From positions 17,114,001 to 17,178,000 of the forward strand of contig NC_087250.1 of assembly GCF_037042905.1 (NCBI RefSeq): DNA of 64,000 bases, read 5' to 3'. Each line of letters opens with the position of its first letter. Positions within the stretch are counted from its first letter, which is position 1. Below are positions 12,089-24,175 of the stretch, piece after piece. This stretch comes from Lytechinus pictus (taxonomy: Eukaryota). A program made the translations under genes and the position numbers. The notes below the pieces were generated by a model. The model saw only the letters and a list, made by a program, of their open reading frames with translations. It did not search any database and was not told the origin of the DNA.

Positions 12089-12984
12089 TGGGGTATATGT
12101 ACACCCTGAGGAGGGGTTCATGGGTGCAATGATGCTCACTAATTTGTGCATGAACTGTCCTTTATAGGGTGAGCACCCTGTATATAAGGGTGCAGATCCC
12201 CGGTTCAGATCAAAATGAGCCATTTTGGTATGAGGTTTGAGTTAAACCTTTTTAACGTCAAACATTATGCACCATAAAAGGTGAAAATTCGCATCTTTTA
12301 GGGTGCAAACGAGCATTTCTGGGTGCAGATGATAAATAGAAGGTGCAGGTTTGCACCCTTAGGGCGCAATATCAGGCCCAAACTCCCAAAGATTAAAGCA
12401 TGTGTTTCATTTAGGGTTAAAAAATATTGCTTTGTGTAGTGTTGTTTTGTCATCATCATTTCACCAACGGAACTTTCAAAAAATGCCCCCATTTTCAGTG
12501 GTTAATGAGTCACTATCACAAATATAAGCTAAAAAGTAAATTTCAGCCACTCCTTCACCGACAGCACGGTTCTAACTTGCTCTTGTTCGGATCATCAGCC
12601 TTGGAGGCATCCTTTTTTTCCTCCGTTAACTCGTCCGTATACCATGCCGGAATATTGCCACACCTTGAAATAGGATTCTCGACTAAACGTATTCGGAATT
12701 ATCGACCAACAACAAAATCGCATTGTGATATGCTCGACCCAGAGATATCTATACGCGTGTGGATTTCTGTTATCCGTTTATTACTTCTTTATAAGATCTC
12801 ATGTGGAGTTCATAATTATTTTGCTGTGTAAATTTTATATGACAGAAAGGAATTTCGATTTTAGATCGCCCGGCCGGTTTGAAACGGGTCGAATACTAGC
12901 AGGCCAAACCCAATTAAGTTTAGAAACGGTGAGGAACACCATCTATTTTGCACGGATAGAAATTAGTTTCAAATTAATAACGAC

Positions 12985-13780
12985 CACTGGCGTAAATCCC
13001 GGGGGGATGGGGGGATATATCCCCCCATTTTTCGAGGAGGGGTGGTGGCCTGTACAAACATCCCCCCCCCCCTACTTTTTACGAAAGAAATGAAAAAAAA
13101 TCACAAGAGATAATTGTTTTATTGGTGAAAATTCTTCATAAAATACCGCTTAACAAATAAAACAATATTATTGAATCATAAAATGGAAATAAATTGGCAT
13201 GGTAGTCTGATTCACTGGCGGTGATTTTTTTTTGATATTCAGATCAGAAGAAGGGACATTTTAAGGAATGATTTTAGGAATTCATGAAGAGCAGACATAT
13301 CTCACCAATCCACTAATGCGAACGTAATCACGGACAGGAAATTTTTCATATATATACGAAAACCTTAACATGGGGCAATCACTTTTTGAGTCATGAAAAA
13401 GAAGCATATGTCACTACATAAAACAATGATAACTCAAGTGCTAGGAAATATATTTGGTTTATATTGAATTGAAAACGGGATGTTTTAGTACAACATGATT
13501 ATATATCTCGTTAAGCAGACAATGCGAGCACCAGGAACAATGAAGACGTAGGCCCTGGGCAAATTATGTTTCATAAAGTTATGATAAAAATGTTTCTTAT
13601 GTAATGTAACATAACATAATTATGATATAATATAACATTATAATGAATAACATTTTCTTTTTTTCCACTACGTTTCTCTTCCTTTCTCCCTCTTTTCTCC
13701 TTTTCCCCCTTTCCCCGTTTTTTTTTTTGGTCAGCCGATGGGGGAATGTGCCCCCCATGCCCCCCGTAATTACGCCACTG
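12985..13780. mobile_element. MITE with CA(G/C)TGGCGTA termini and G/C-run subtermini (hAT-like); inverted fragment at 14626-14751
   Basis: CACTGGCGTA at 12985 and TACGCCACTG ending at 13780; 14626-14751 matches the reverse complement of its 5' part. Similar G/C-run elements occur near 34960-35279, 46037-46285 and 62121. Confidence 0.6.
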
Positions 13781-15471
13781 CATGTCCATATGGCAAATAC
13801 CCCTCCAATATTATTATCTTTTTTACCCGACGATGGTTCAATGGTTTTATTAGAGATTTCATTCAATTTTTTTTGACATTCCATCTTATTCCCTTCCCAA
13901 AGACCCCAACATTGATGAATTGGAAGAAACGGGGGTTTCTCTTAAATGTTATAATAAGGACATAAGTATTTCGTTTGGAAATGGTGAACTGGCTCTTATT
14001 TGCATTTTATGATTCAATAATATTGTTTCATTTGTTAATGCTTTGTTCAGTGCATGTTTAGTTATCATAAATTTTCCAGTCATTATTATATGTTTAGCTT
14101 TTAACATTGATAAATCATGTATTCATTTTCTTGTGCTCGATTGTCCATTATAGAAACATGTATTTACTTTGACATTTTACTTTTTAATGTTCACATTTAC
14201 TATTACCATGTATTCACCGCTTTGTTCGAATTACCGATAGATATTTCATGTTGTATGTTATTGATGTTTTTGAGAACGGTATATAATTTCTTCGCCTTCT
14301 TCTTATTATCATTTTCTTCTTCTTTTCTTCTTCTGTTATCTTCTCCGTTGTCCTTTTCTTCTCCTTCTCACTTTTCCCTTCTTCTTCTTCCTTTTTTCTT
14401 CTCCTCTCCTCCTCTTCACCTTTCAATGATTCCTTTGTAATATTTCATTGATGCTTCTGTTTAGGTTAACATATTCTTTTCATATATATTGTTCGTTAAA
14501 CACTGGTTCTAAAATGTTTATTATGTCAATTGTATATTATGTTCCACACGGCCCCAATGGAAATCAGTCTGTGAACTGTTTGGGCTTTTTAACCGTGTAT
14601 AAATAAAATCAATCTTATCTTATCTAAGTGGTATTTTAGGAAGAATTTTCACCAATAAAACAATTATCTCTTGTGATTTTTTTTTCATTTCTTTCGTAAA
14701 AAGTGGGGGGGGGGGGTATATCTCCCTATCCCCCCGGGATTTACGCCAGTGGACTGTGGACAGAAACAGAATGTATCCGTGGACATGGTGGATGATTTAT
14801 TCATGAATTCATTTTGAATGTAATCTCTAATAAAACCATTAAACCATCATGGGGTAAAAAAGATAATAATATTGGAGGGGTATTTGCCATATGGACATAT
14901 CAATGACAATTCCTTGCATATCTAAAAACATGATTGCAAAAAAATGCCAAAATATTTCAATCATTCCCCCACCCATTAACACGGATTTACGCCAGTGATA
15001 ACGACGTATACGTCAATAGTTTTAACAAAATATTTATAAAAGGGAAATGATGATTGGGCCGCCGCCCTGACAGAGCTAGGCCACGAAGTCGGGCGGTGAG
15101 GGCTGGGAACGTGTACATGAAAAATGTGACAAAAGTTATCGTTAAAATTTTTTGCAATAATGAGACGTACCCCCCCCCCCCATTTTCCTTCAGTTCAGAA
15201 AAAAAAAACTGAAGGTAAATAGGGAGCGGGCGGGTATATTTCTGCCAAGCCTTCTGGTTCGGGTGGGCCCCTTGGGGAAGTTTGTTGTAAACACAGATGA
15301 AGGTTTGGAATACGTCATTTACGATAATCTGCCCTATTATTTTAGGTAATATAAAATGCATGAATTTTAGGATTTTCCAAAGGGGGGGGGCACATTTTCC
15401 CCGAGGAAAGTTCGACAAGCTCTCCCCCCCCCAAAAAAAAAAAAAAAAAAAAATCTGCCCTTTTGAATAAT

Positions 15472-15685
15472 TGGTAATGCCGAAAAAATATCTCTGCCTG
15501 GAATCGAACCTGGGCCCTCAGCTTTGAACGCCGGTGCCTTAACCACTAGACCACAGAGACGGGTTAGTGGCTAGGGCGACCCCGATCCGATTGACCGTCA
15601 GATAGACAGATTTTTGACACTATACCAATTATAATTTCCTTTGTCGGGTGTAGGTGGATTTTGAACAATGACAAGCCGCCTACCA
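15472..15685 (-). mobile_element. TG...CA-bounded 214-bp unit containing a tRNA-like sequence (possible Helenus-type TRIM solo LTR)
   Basis: Minus strand begins TGGTAGG and ends TTTTTTCGGCATTACCA (5-bp TIR TGGTA/TACCA); internal cloverleaf; no TSD evident. Confidence 0.45.
15489..15560 (-). tRNA. tRNA-like sequence (Glu-like body, TCA at anticodon position), probably repeat-derived or pseudo-tRNA
   Basis: GTCTCTG TG GTCT AGTGGTTA AGGC A CCGGC GTTCAAA GCTGA GGGC CCAGG TTCGATT CCAGG CAGAGAT A; A box, B box and T6 terminator; one mismatch each in the anticodon and T stems. Confidence 0.6.
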
Positions 15686-16048
15686 TTGTTCTCTTCGTCC
15701 ATTTCTTTCACAGTATATTTAAAATAAAAGAGTTGCCAAAACTGTTGTACATGTATAATTTCACACATTTGTATACTTTATCCCATACGTGTACTCTTCG
15801 TCAGTCCCCATGATGTGACAAAAAAGAGAATTCAAAATCCGTTTCTGAAACAGTCGTGAAAAACACGTCTGTTCATGGGCATACGGATTGTGAAACTCAC
15901 CTTTCAAAGAGTTGGGAGGAAGTGCACTGTATAAAAGACGCATCTAAAGACGCGTTGCCATGAATGCAAGATGACAATGGCGAATCTCCGGCTCCAAAAC
16001 AGGAAAATCTATTTAAAAAAAAAAAATATATATATATATACATATATA

Positions 16049-16869
16049 CAGTGCGTCCCAGAAAAAACGAAACCGAGATTTAGCGATGATTTATCATAAC
16101 TTAATCATAAATGAAATAGACAAATGACCTACCAATGTAAAGCTTAGAATCTCTTCTTTCATCTGGTATTACTTAGATTATTCCTCATTTACGCATGATT
16201 GAGCAAAAACAATTCGAAGAAAGGATGCCAAAAACTCATTTGGCGGGGGGTATCTGAATTTTAAAAAGAAAATCACATGACTAAAAAGTTCAATATCTTC
16301 TCTTTTCTTTGATACCTAAATCACAGAAAATGGTCAAGTAGTAAAAAAGTTATGATCCCTCGAAACAATGCTTGTATTTCCATAATTTAATTAAATAAAC
16401 GTGTTTTCACCGGTTTCCCAGCACAGAAGCTATCGCACGTAACAAAGGACTTAATGCATGGCTGATCGTCAACAAAACGGAGTGTCGAGTGAGTTTGAAC
16501 GCTAGCCTGTAAAACCTCTTCATTTTATGAAATTATTGAAATTCAAGCCTTATTTCAAATAACCAGAACTTTGTTATTTCTTGACCATTTTCCGTAATTG
16601 AGGTATCAAATTAAAGAGCAGATATTGAACTTTTTAAAAATGTGGTTTTCTTTTTAAAACCCAGATACGGCCCGCCAAGTGACTTTTTGGTATCCCCTTT
16701 TCAAATTGTTTTTGCTCACTCATGCGTGAATGAGAAATAATCTAAGTAATTTCAGATGAAAGAGGAGATTATAAGCTTTAAAATGGTAGGTCATTTGTCT
16801 ATTTTTTTTGCGATTAAGTTATGATAAATCATCGATAAATCTCGGTTTCGTTTTTTGTGGGACGCACTG
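16049..16869. mobile_element. Tc1/mariner-like MITE in a (TA)n tract
   Basis: TA|CAGTGCGTCCCA...TGGGACGCACTG with long imperfect TIRs; second copy at 24718-25531. Confidence 0.85.
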
Positions 16870-16876
16870 TGTATAT

Positions 16877-17179
16877 ACCAGAACTTTGTTATTTCTTGAC
16901 CATTTTCCGTAATTGAGGTATCAAATTAAAGAGCAGATATTGAACTTTTTAAAAATGTGGTTTTCTTTTTAAAACCCAGATACGGCCCGCCAAGTGACTT
17001 TTTGGTATCCCCTTTTCAAATTGTTTTTGCTCACTCATGCGTGAATGAGGAATAATCTAAGTAATTTCAGATGAAAGAGGAGATTATAAGCTTTAAAATG
17101 GTAGGTCATTTGTCTATTGTTTTTGCGATTAAGATAAATCATCGATAAATCTCGGTTTCGTTTTTTGTGGGACGCACTG
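16877..17179 (+). repeat. Tandem duplicate of the right end of the preceding MITE
   Basis: Matches 16562-16869 with a few differences; followed by (TA)n. Confidence 0.9.
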
Positions 17180-17183
17180 TGTG

Positions 17184-17232
<49 letters not shown>

Positions 17233-17282
17233 TTATACTTTTCTTTGTTTGAACCTATTTATAATCTCCGAGCAGATCATTT

Positions 17283-17324
<42 letters not shown>

Positions 17325-17493
17325 AATTAATAAAAGTCCTCGCTTTCAAGGGGGAACACTTGCGTTATTGACATTGCAAATTTCGATTGTGCCTCACAAG
17401 GGAGAGGGGGCACAGCCGGCTGTGCCCCCCCCCCCCCCTCTGGATCCGCCAGTGCCCTGAACAATGAGGTGTCGGACGCAATGATTTACGCCA

Positions 17494-20006
17494 TAGTCCA
17501 GTTATTTTAGCCCAAATTTTGACCAAACTTGGAACAAATTGCAACATAATTTTTTTCACCACAATGCATTTCTGTGAGGTTCCTATAGTACAACATACTT
17601 AAAATCCAAAACTATCCGAATAGAGGAAAGGCATCTAATTTGCATAAATCCAAGATGGCTGCCAAAATTAATTGATATGCCTTATCCTTAATATTTTTTG
17701 CACAGATAATGGGAAAATCTTGAAATGAATACGCAATTTACTATGATATCATAAATCGATTGCAATCGTTTTTGGGACTGTCCGCTTAATATTTTTCGAA
17801 AAATGTGAGAATTTAAGCCAAAATTTCCATGTTTTCGGTCAAAAATTTGCATGTGCGTTGATATCTTTCTGTTTTATCATTAGCATCAACAACTAAATTA
17901 TGCAAAATATCAGCATGCGGCAAGAAAGGGATATATCAACGAGAAAATTGATATGCATCATAACAGTATTAATGTCTCAACTTGATTAGATTAAGGGCAA
18001 ATACATCCGAATGTATTACTCGATATTGCAATAAAGTGACACCAAAAACCAATCTCCGTGTCTTGGTCACCATGGTCACACTTTTGATATCGACTACAAC
18101 GCGATCGCTTGCATACCTTTAAAAGAGAGTACAATGAAATCGGTCTTGCCTCGCCTTTGTTGGTGTGACTAACACGCATAAATACATGTGTGCGTATACA
18201 GCGATAGAAAGGTTTATATTGATATGTGGGCAAAGGGCCTTTTCTACATATTAAAGCAACTTTTGTGTAAATGACATCTCTTAGAAAAGTTAGAGGATGC
18301 ATTTCTATGCATGCTGCATGCAATTACGTTCAAGAACATTATAGCAGTCCCGCAATAGCCTGTCGAAGGTACCCCCCCCCCTTATCCGTAGCTTAACTAT
18401 CAAAATATCGTGCTTTTTGGAGCCCCCAATGTGACAAAGTAGTGTTTTGCTACAGAGAAAAACAACTTTTATTGTCTTGAAGTCACTTGGAGGCAAAAGA
18501 GTAGGCTTTTCTCTATCAGTTAGAAATTATAAAGAACTGATGGCACAGCAAATCCTACCCCCCTTAGGGGTCTGCCGAAATCTTTGTATTTTGCCTATTT
18601 CTTTGAAAATTCGTCATTTTAGCCCCATTGAGGCAAAAGGCGTTTCCCCTTTGCAGTAAACCACTTTTATTGTTTTGTAAGTACTTGGAGATGAAAAAAT
18701 AAATTTTCCTCCATCAGCTATACATACAAAGAAGTGCTGGCAAAGCAAACCCTACCTCTCAAGGGTTTGCCGAAGTCACCCACCCCTTTTCCATATTTTG
18801 CCTATTTATGGAAAATCTACCAATTCGGAGCCCTCATTATTTGATTATGCCGAAATGTTTTTCTGATATTGTTTCGTAACCATTTGGAGATTGTTAAAAA
18901 AAGTAGATTTTCTTCTGTCAGCTATACGTAAGAAGTGCTGGCTCAGCAAAACCTACCCCTGCAGGGGTTCCCGAAGCCTCCCCACACTTTTTGCCTATTT
19001 TCCCCATTTTTAATTTATAATTTATGGGAAAAATCTGCCAATTTGGAGCCCCTATTGAGGCGAAACGTTGTTTCTGTTCTATAACAAACTTTTTTTTTGT
19101 TTCGTAACCACTTGGTTATAAAAAAGTAGATTTTCCTCTATCAGCTATATACGTGTAAAGAAGTGCTGGCTCAGCAAAGCCTAACCCCTCAGGGGTTCCC
19201 GAAGTCTCCCCACCCTTTTTACCCATTTTCCCTCTTTATTAAAACAAAATCGCAATTTTTGACCCCCCCCCCTTATTCAGGCAAAACCCCGCAAAAGGCA
19301 TTTCTGCTATGTGGTAAGGTCATTTTATTATTTGAAACCACTTTAAAGATAAATAGCGCTAGGTTTCGTCTATCAGCGCATCGACCCCTTCCCTTGTCAG
19401 GGGCTCCAAATTGACAGATTTTCCCATAAATTGACAAAATGCGGAAAAGGGGTGAGTGACTTCGGTAGTATACTAGGATGTGGCAGGTCTAATAGCTACA
19501 TTTCATTTTTCTCTTTAACTCTGAGATCAAACAGGCAGAAAATGTCATTATTTTGGTGTATACAACGTCACGTGACTAGCATAATAGTTTCCGTGCCTAG
19601 ACCCCATAATGTTAAACAATATTAATACAGTCCTCTAATCGCATTTATGCATTTAATGTTAATAGTAACAATGTTCTTGTAGTTTAAAATCTTTGCTTAA
19701 TGATATTTATGATACAGCTATAGTTTGAGAAGGCCAATGTTATAGTAGTATCGGGGCCGGAATTGATATGATTTGCAATCGGGTCTGAGTACATGCATAC
19801 TATACACAAGCGTCGTCTGCTACGTAAACTAAATGAGCGAATATGACCAAAACTAACCATTGGTTTATGCAAATTAGAACACTTTTCCCTATTCGGATTA
19901 TCTGGGACTTTTAGTATGGTCTTCTATGGACCTCAAAGAAATGTTCTGCATTGGAATAAATTCTGTTGCAATTTGTTCCAAGTGAAAAGTTAAAATGACT
20001 GGACTA
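17494..20006. mobile_element. Academ-like non-autonomous element with about 170-bp imperfect TIRs and internal tandem units
   Basis: TAGTCCAGTTATTTTAG...CTTGGAACAAATTGCAACA versus TGTTGCAATTTGTTCCAAG...TAAAATGACTGGACTA; internal units with AAGTGCTGGC..AGCAAA..CTACCC at about 18400-19400; no matching TSD. Confidence 0.7.
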
Positions 20007-20559
20007 TATACCAGTGGTTCATGATGATGAACACTGTGACGGTGGATATCTTCTCTCTCGATCTCTCTCTCTCTCTCTCTCTCAGGCTCTCTTGAGCGGC
20101 AGCGGGTGTGAAATTAAATCTGTTAAGTAAAATAAAAACCGAAGCCTATACATTTTTTTAAAGAGAATGACATTCCATTGACTTTTTATTTCACCTTGGA
20201 AAGCTACTCTCAAATAACGTCACCGTGAAACAACAGATATAAGTTTCTGATAACTGTTTTATCATCTTCTTTTTTCTTCTTCTTCTTTGCTCATGTCCCA
20301 TGTCCCACCAACCCCTGATCGTGTACCGTCACTGAATAAGGCGAAGAGGTGGAAGAAGAGTAAAATATTTGCCTTCATCATTATGTCCAAATTTTGGTGG
20401 TCAAAAACAATATGTTTATTTATTTATTTCGATATCCGGTGGAGTCGAGGGCTAGGTTGGCCGATCTTTATTTGGCCGAGGTGAAGAGAAAGCGCGGGGA
20501 CATCATCCGGATATGGGGGGGGGGGGGGGGGGGGGTCAGTTGGATGCTCTCGATCTCAG

Positions 20560-20785
20560 ATATAGATGCGCTATGTGCAGCTAGCTAGCATGCATAAAAT
20601 ATGCAGCAGCGCAGGCACGTCACGATCACAGAGCTAGAGCCAGAGCAAGATCGCAAATCAGTACATGGTTAAGGTTGCGCAAGTACGGACGTTGGGTTGT
20701 GAAACTGAAAGTAAAGTCAACATCACTTGTGAACATCCCATTTGGATTTACTTTAACATCCATCAATTGAAAACAATTCGTTGAA
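20560..20785 (+). promoter_or_regulatory. Putative promoter / 5' UTR of the dispanin gene
   Basis: CpG-rich patch in AT-rich DNA; CATAAAA 20593, ACGTCA 20617, Inr-like TCAGT 20658, TTGCGCAA 20675-20682, GAAACTGAAAGT 20701-20712. Confidence 0.55.
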
Positions 20786-20792
20786 ATGTCTG
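20786..20792 (+). CDS. CD225/dispanin family protein, coding exon 1 (ATG TCT G)
   Basis: GAA ATG TCT G|GTAAGG; phase-1 donor joins the phase-1 acceptor at 33368 to give MSAPYPDKAQ; lies in a CpG-rich patch. Confidence 0.7.
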
Positions 20793-22080
20793 GTAAGGTA
20801 TAGTTATTGTATATGCCCTCTTTCACGTTTTTTTCTTTTATAATCTTCACATTTTGTGTTGGAAATAGATCTCTAAAAATACAAATCGCAGAAAAGGTAT
20901 CCATTCTGCTGTCCACTTTCGCGTTGTAAACCCCTGCCACTGCGTTTACGTTTGGGCAAGGTGGCGCTGGCCCTGTCTCGGTATTTATTTTGAGCGAGCG
21001 TTGAACGCCTCTCCGAGTGCCCGTCCAGGGCAGGGGCAGCTGCAGTAGGATGGGGGGTCGGGTGTCCAGACACTTTATATTTTTGAAGCCTTCTTTTTTG
21101 TCTTTGGATTACACTAAAAATACGAATTCAATAGTTGTAATCATCTTCTATTTTGTTCTCTACAATATTTCCTGACATTTTGTACTAACAATTGATAAAA
21201 CTTCCCTTGTAATTTTTTCCAAATGACTTTCTAAAATTGATCGTCCGGACACACAACCTGTCCGGACACACAACAACTGGGTATACTGATGATCAAGTTG
21301 ATCATGACAGATCATTCATCAAGTACGATGGAAACTGAGCAAAAATGCTGGATTTATTCATCAGGATTTTTAGTTTGGGAAGGCCTCCATAACAAAGATA
21401 TAGGCCCTAGATTCTGAATTAATTTACTTCCCTTAACTTGAGTCTTGACTTTGTCAAGTTTGTGAAATTATGATTATTTTTATGAAAGTTTAAACTTTCT
21501 GACAAGTCACAAGATACTTTAAGTTTAATTATGGATTATGGATATGATCTAGAGAACTGACACTCAGTTTCAGTCTCACTACATTCATGTTAACAGTTAA
21601 GACTTAAGTCTAACTTAATCCAATTTTATCAACTTTTTAAAGGTTATTACCATTTTTATTTTTTCACTTCACTTTAATTATTAAACTTCACTTTAATTAG
21701 TGAGTGATTTCACAGTCACACCTTTATAAAGTTAAAAAAAATTAAAGTTCATCGAATTTATTGATATAAAAATGAGGTGTGAAAAAAGAAGTCTGATGAT
21801 TAGAAGGTAGAGGTCTAGATCTAAAGTTAGACTCTAGATCTACCTGACTTGTAAAATTGTAGAATCTTTTAAAATGGCACTGACCCTAGATCTACAGTGT
21901 AGTGTAGACTTCTAGATCTAGTCTGTACTGTAGTGTAGACATACGCGTAGGTCTATCCATCTATTCCACACAAGACCTGCCATCTAACATTACACCAGTA
22001 ATAATAATTTAGTGGACTGTACTTTATTAGAAGATCTCCACAGGCATTTGTTTACCTGTAGGCTGTAGTCTAGGTGTGGA

Positions 22081-22154
22081 ACATCAGTCCTCTCTCTTTT
22101 CACCTTCTACTACTAGTACATGTAGGAGAAGGTGAAAAGAGAGAGGACTGATGT
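22081..22154 (+). other. Perfect 28-bp intronic hairpin
   Basis: ACATCAGTCCTCTCTCTTTTCACCTTCT (22081-22108) is the exact reverse complement of 22127-22154. Confidence 0.9.
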
Positions 22155-22380
22155 ACATTATTACATACTACATGTATTTCCAAACAAATTTTAGGCAAGA
22201 CTTCCATATGTCCCCTCCACTAAAATTGAAAAAGAAATATGGAGAAGGTTTATCAAGAATTATCTAACATATATATCTAAGTCTTAAGAAGGAAAAGTTG
22301 GATACATACCAAAATATGGCTTTATTCCGTCAAAATTTTGAGTGTGTGTAATCCGCCCCTGGATACCAGTACTTAATTAA

Positions 22381-22972
22381 AGGAGAATGAAACCTTTGGA
22401 ACAAGATAGATTGTGTGAAAAAAGAAAAATCAAAGAAACAGATCTACAAAAGTTTGAGAAAAATCAGACAAATAATGAGAAAGTTATGAGCATTTGAATA
22501 TTGCGATCGCTAATGCTAAACTATGGAGATCCTCACATTGGCAATGCGACAAATATGTGTGATGTCACTTGTGAACAACTCTCCCCATTACTTTAGTATA
22601 CATTTCACTTAAACCGCCTCTTTTATCACATCTATCAGTAGATCATGTCTTCTTTCTATAGGAGGGCATGTAATACAGATTTTCAAAAAATACATCATGG
22701 ATAAAGAGTTTGTATCACCATGATAAGAAAAAGCAAAAAGAGACATTTGGGGGTATTTTATAGTCCATCAAAGGGAAAGTTGTTCACATGTGACATCACA
22801 CATCCTTGTCGCATTGCCAATGGGAGGATCTACATAGCATTAGTGATTGCAATATTCAAATGCTCATAACTTTCTCATTATTTGTCCGATTTTTCTCAAA
22901 CTTTCTTTGTTCTTATTCTTTGATTTGTCTGTTTCGACACAAGCCAACTTGTTCCAAAGGTTCCATTTCCCT
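22381..22972. mobile_element. Kolobok-like MITE, related to family A
   Basis: TTAA|AGGAGAATGAAACCTTTGGAACAAG...CTTGTTCCAAAGGTTCCATTTCCCT|TTAA. Confidence 0.85.
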
Positions 22973-22996
22973 TTAACAAGTCACATAGCAATTTAA

Positions 22997-23591
22997 AGGA
23001 CAAGTCCACCCCCACAAAATATTGAATTGAATAAAAAGAGAAATCGAAAAAGCATAACACCGAAAATTTTATCAAAATCGGATGTAAAATAAGAAAGCTA
23101 TGGTCAATTTTAAAGTTTCGCTTTATTTCACAAAACAGTTATATGCACATCCTGGTCAGTATGCAAATGAGGAGACTGATGACGTTATCCACTCACTAGT
23201 TTTTTTTGTATTTTATTATATGAAATATTCTAATTTTCTCCTCATTGTCAAGTGAAATAGTGATTAATTCCTCCCTCTGAACATGTGGAACTAGCATTTT
23301 TTTATACTATGTGGTTCAGTCAAGTCGGTCCCTATGGTCAAATCTGTAAAAAATGAAATATTGTATAATTCAAACAATAAAAAAAAAAGAAATAGTGAGT
23401 GATGGACATCCATTGACTCACTTGCATGTCACTGAGTTGTGCATATCACTGTTTTGTGAAAAAATAGCCAAACTTTAAAATGCCATAACTTTCTTATTTT
23501 ACATCCGATTTTGATGAAATTTTCAGCGTTATGCTAATTAGATTTTTCTCTATTTATTCAAATCAACATTTTGCTGGGGTGGACTTGACCT
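22997..23591. mobile_element. Kolobok-like MITE, family B
   Basis: TTAA|AGGACAAGTCCACCCC...GGGGTGGACTTGACCT|TTAA. Confidence 0.87.
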
Positions 23592-23804
23592 TTAAATGAA
23601 AAGGTCGGATGTACCAAAATATGACAAATGGAACTTCATACTTCATTCCATCAAATTTATGGATCAGGGTCTATACTCTACATGTCCCTCCCCAAAAAAT
23701 GTTCCCCCTATTTTGTCAATCGTCAAGTAAAATGGCAGTATGGCTGATATTTTAACCAAAAAAAAATTGTTTTTCTACATAATTTGTATTTTACCTATGG
23801 ATAC

Positions 23805-24175
23805 CTATGGATGCTTCTGAATGCAGTCTAAGACTCTGTTCAGCTCCAAATTCTGTCTCCTCTTTAGGTTGGCTGGATCATGTCCTGGTGGGCCAGCGTC
23901 AAACTTGTACTTCACAGGTTCACATCTCCAATACTTATCCAGTCCATTTTCGAAGCTGTGGACACTGGGTGCATTTACTAATTCATTACTCAGACTATTC
24001 CAAGATTTCCTCATTCTTATGTAAAATGAATTCTTACGTTTCTCAGTTACTGACCTGGGAATGTACAATTTTTTATCATGACCTCTGGTAGGCCCATGCA
24101 CCTGACCCAAATCTGGCACTACCTCCTGGTCATACCTGTGAAATAACTTGTATGTTTCGATCATATCTCCTGCAC
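23805..24175 (-). pseudogene. CR1 LINE ORF2 C-terminal remnant
   Basis: GDMIETYKL...TRGHDKKL...RKNSFYIR..WNSL....VNAPSVHSF...LDKYW is the typical CR1 ORF2 end. Confidence 0.85.

Noticed and set aside
15489..15560. Selenocysteine tRNA
   Set aside because: TCA anticodon but short variable loop and standard 7/5 stems; lacks the tRNA-Sec architecture.
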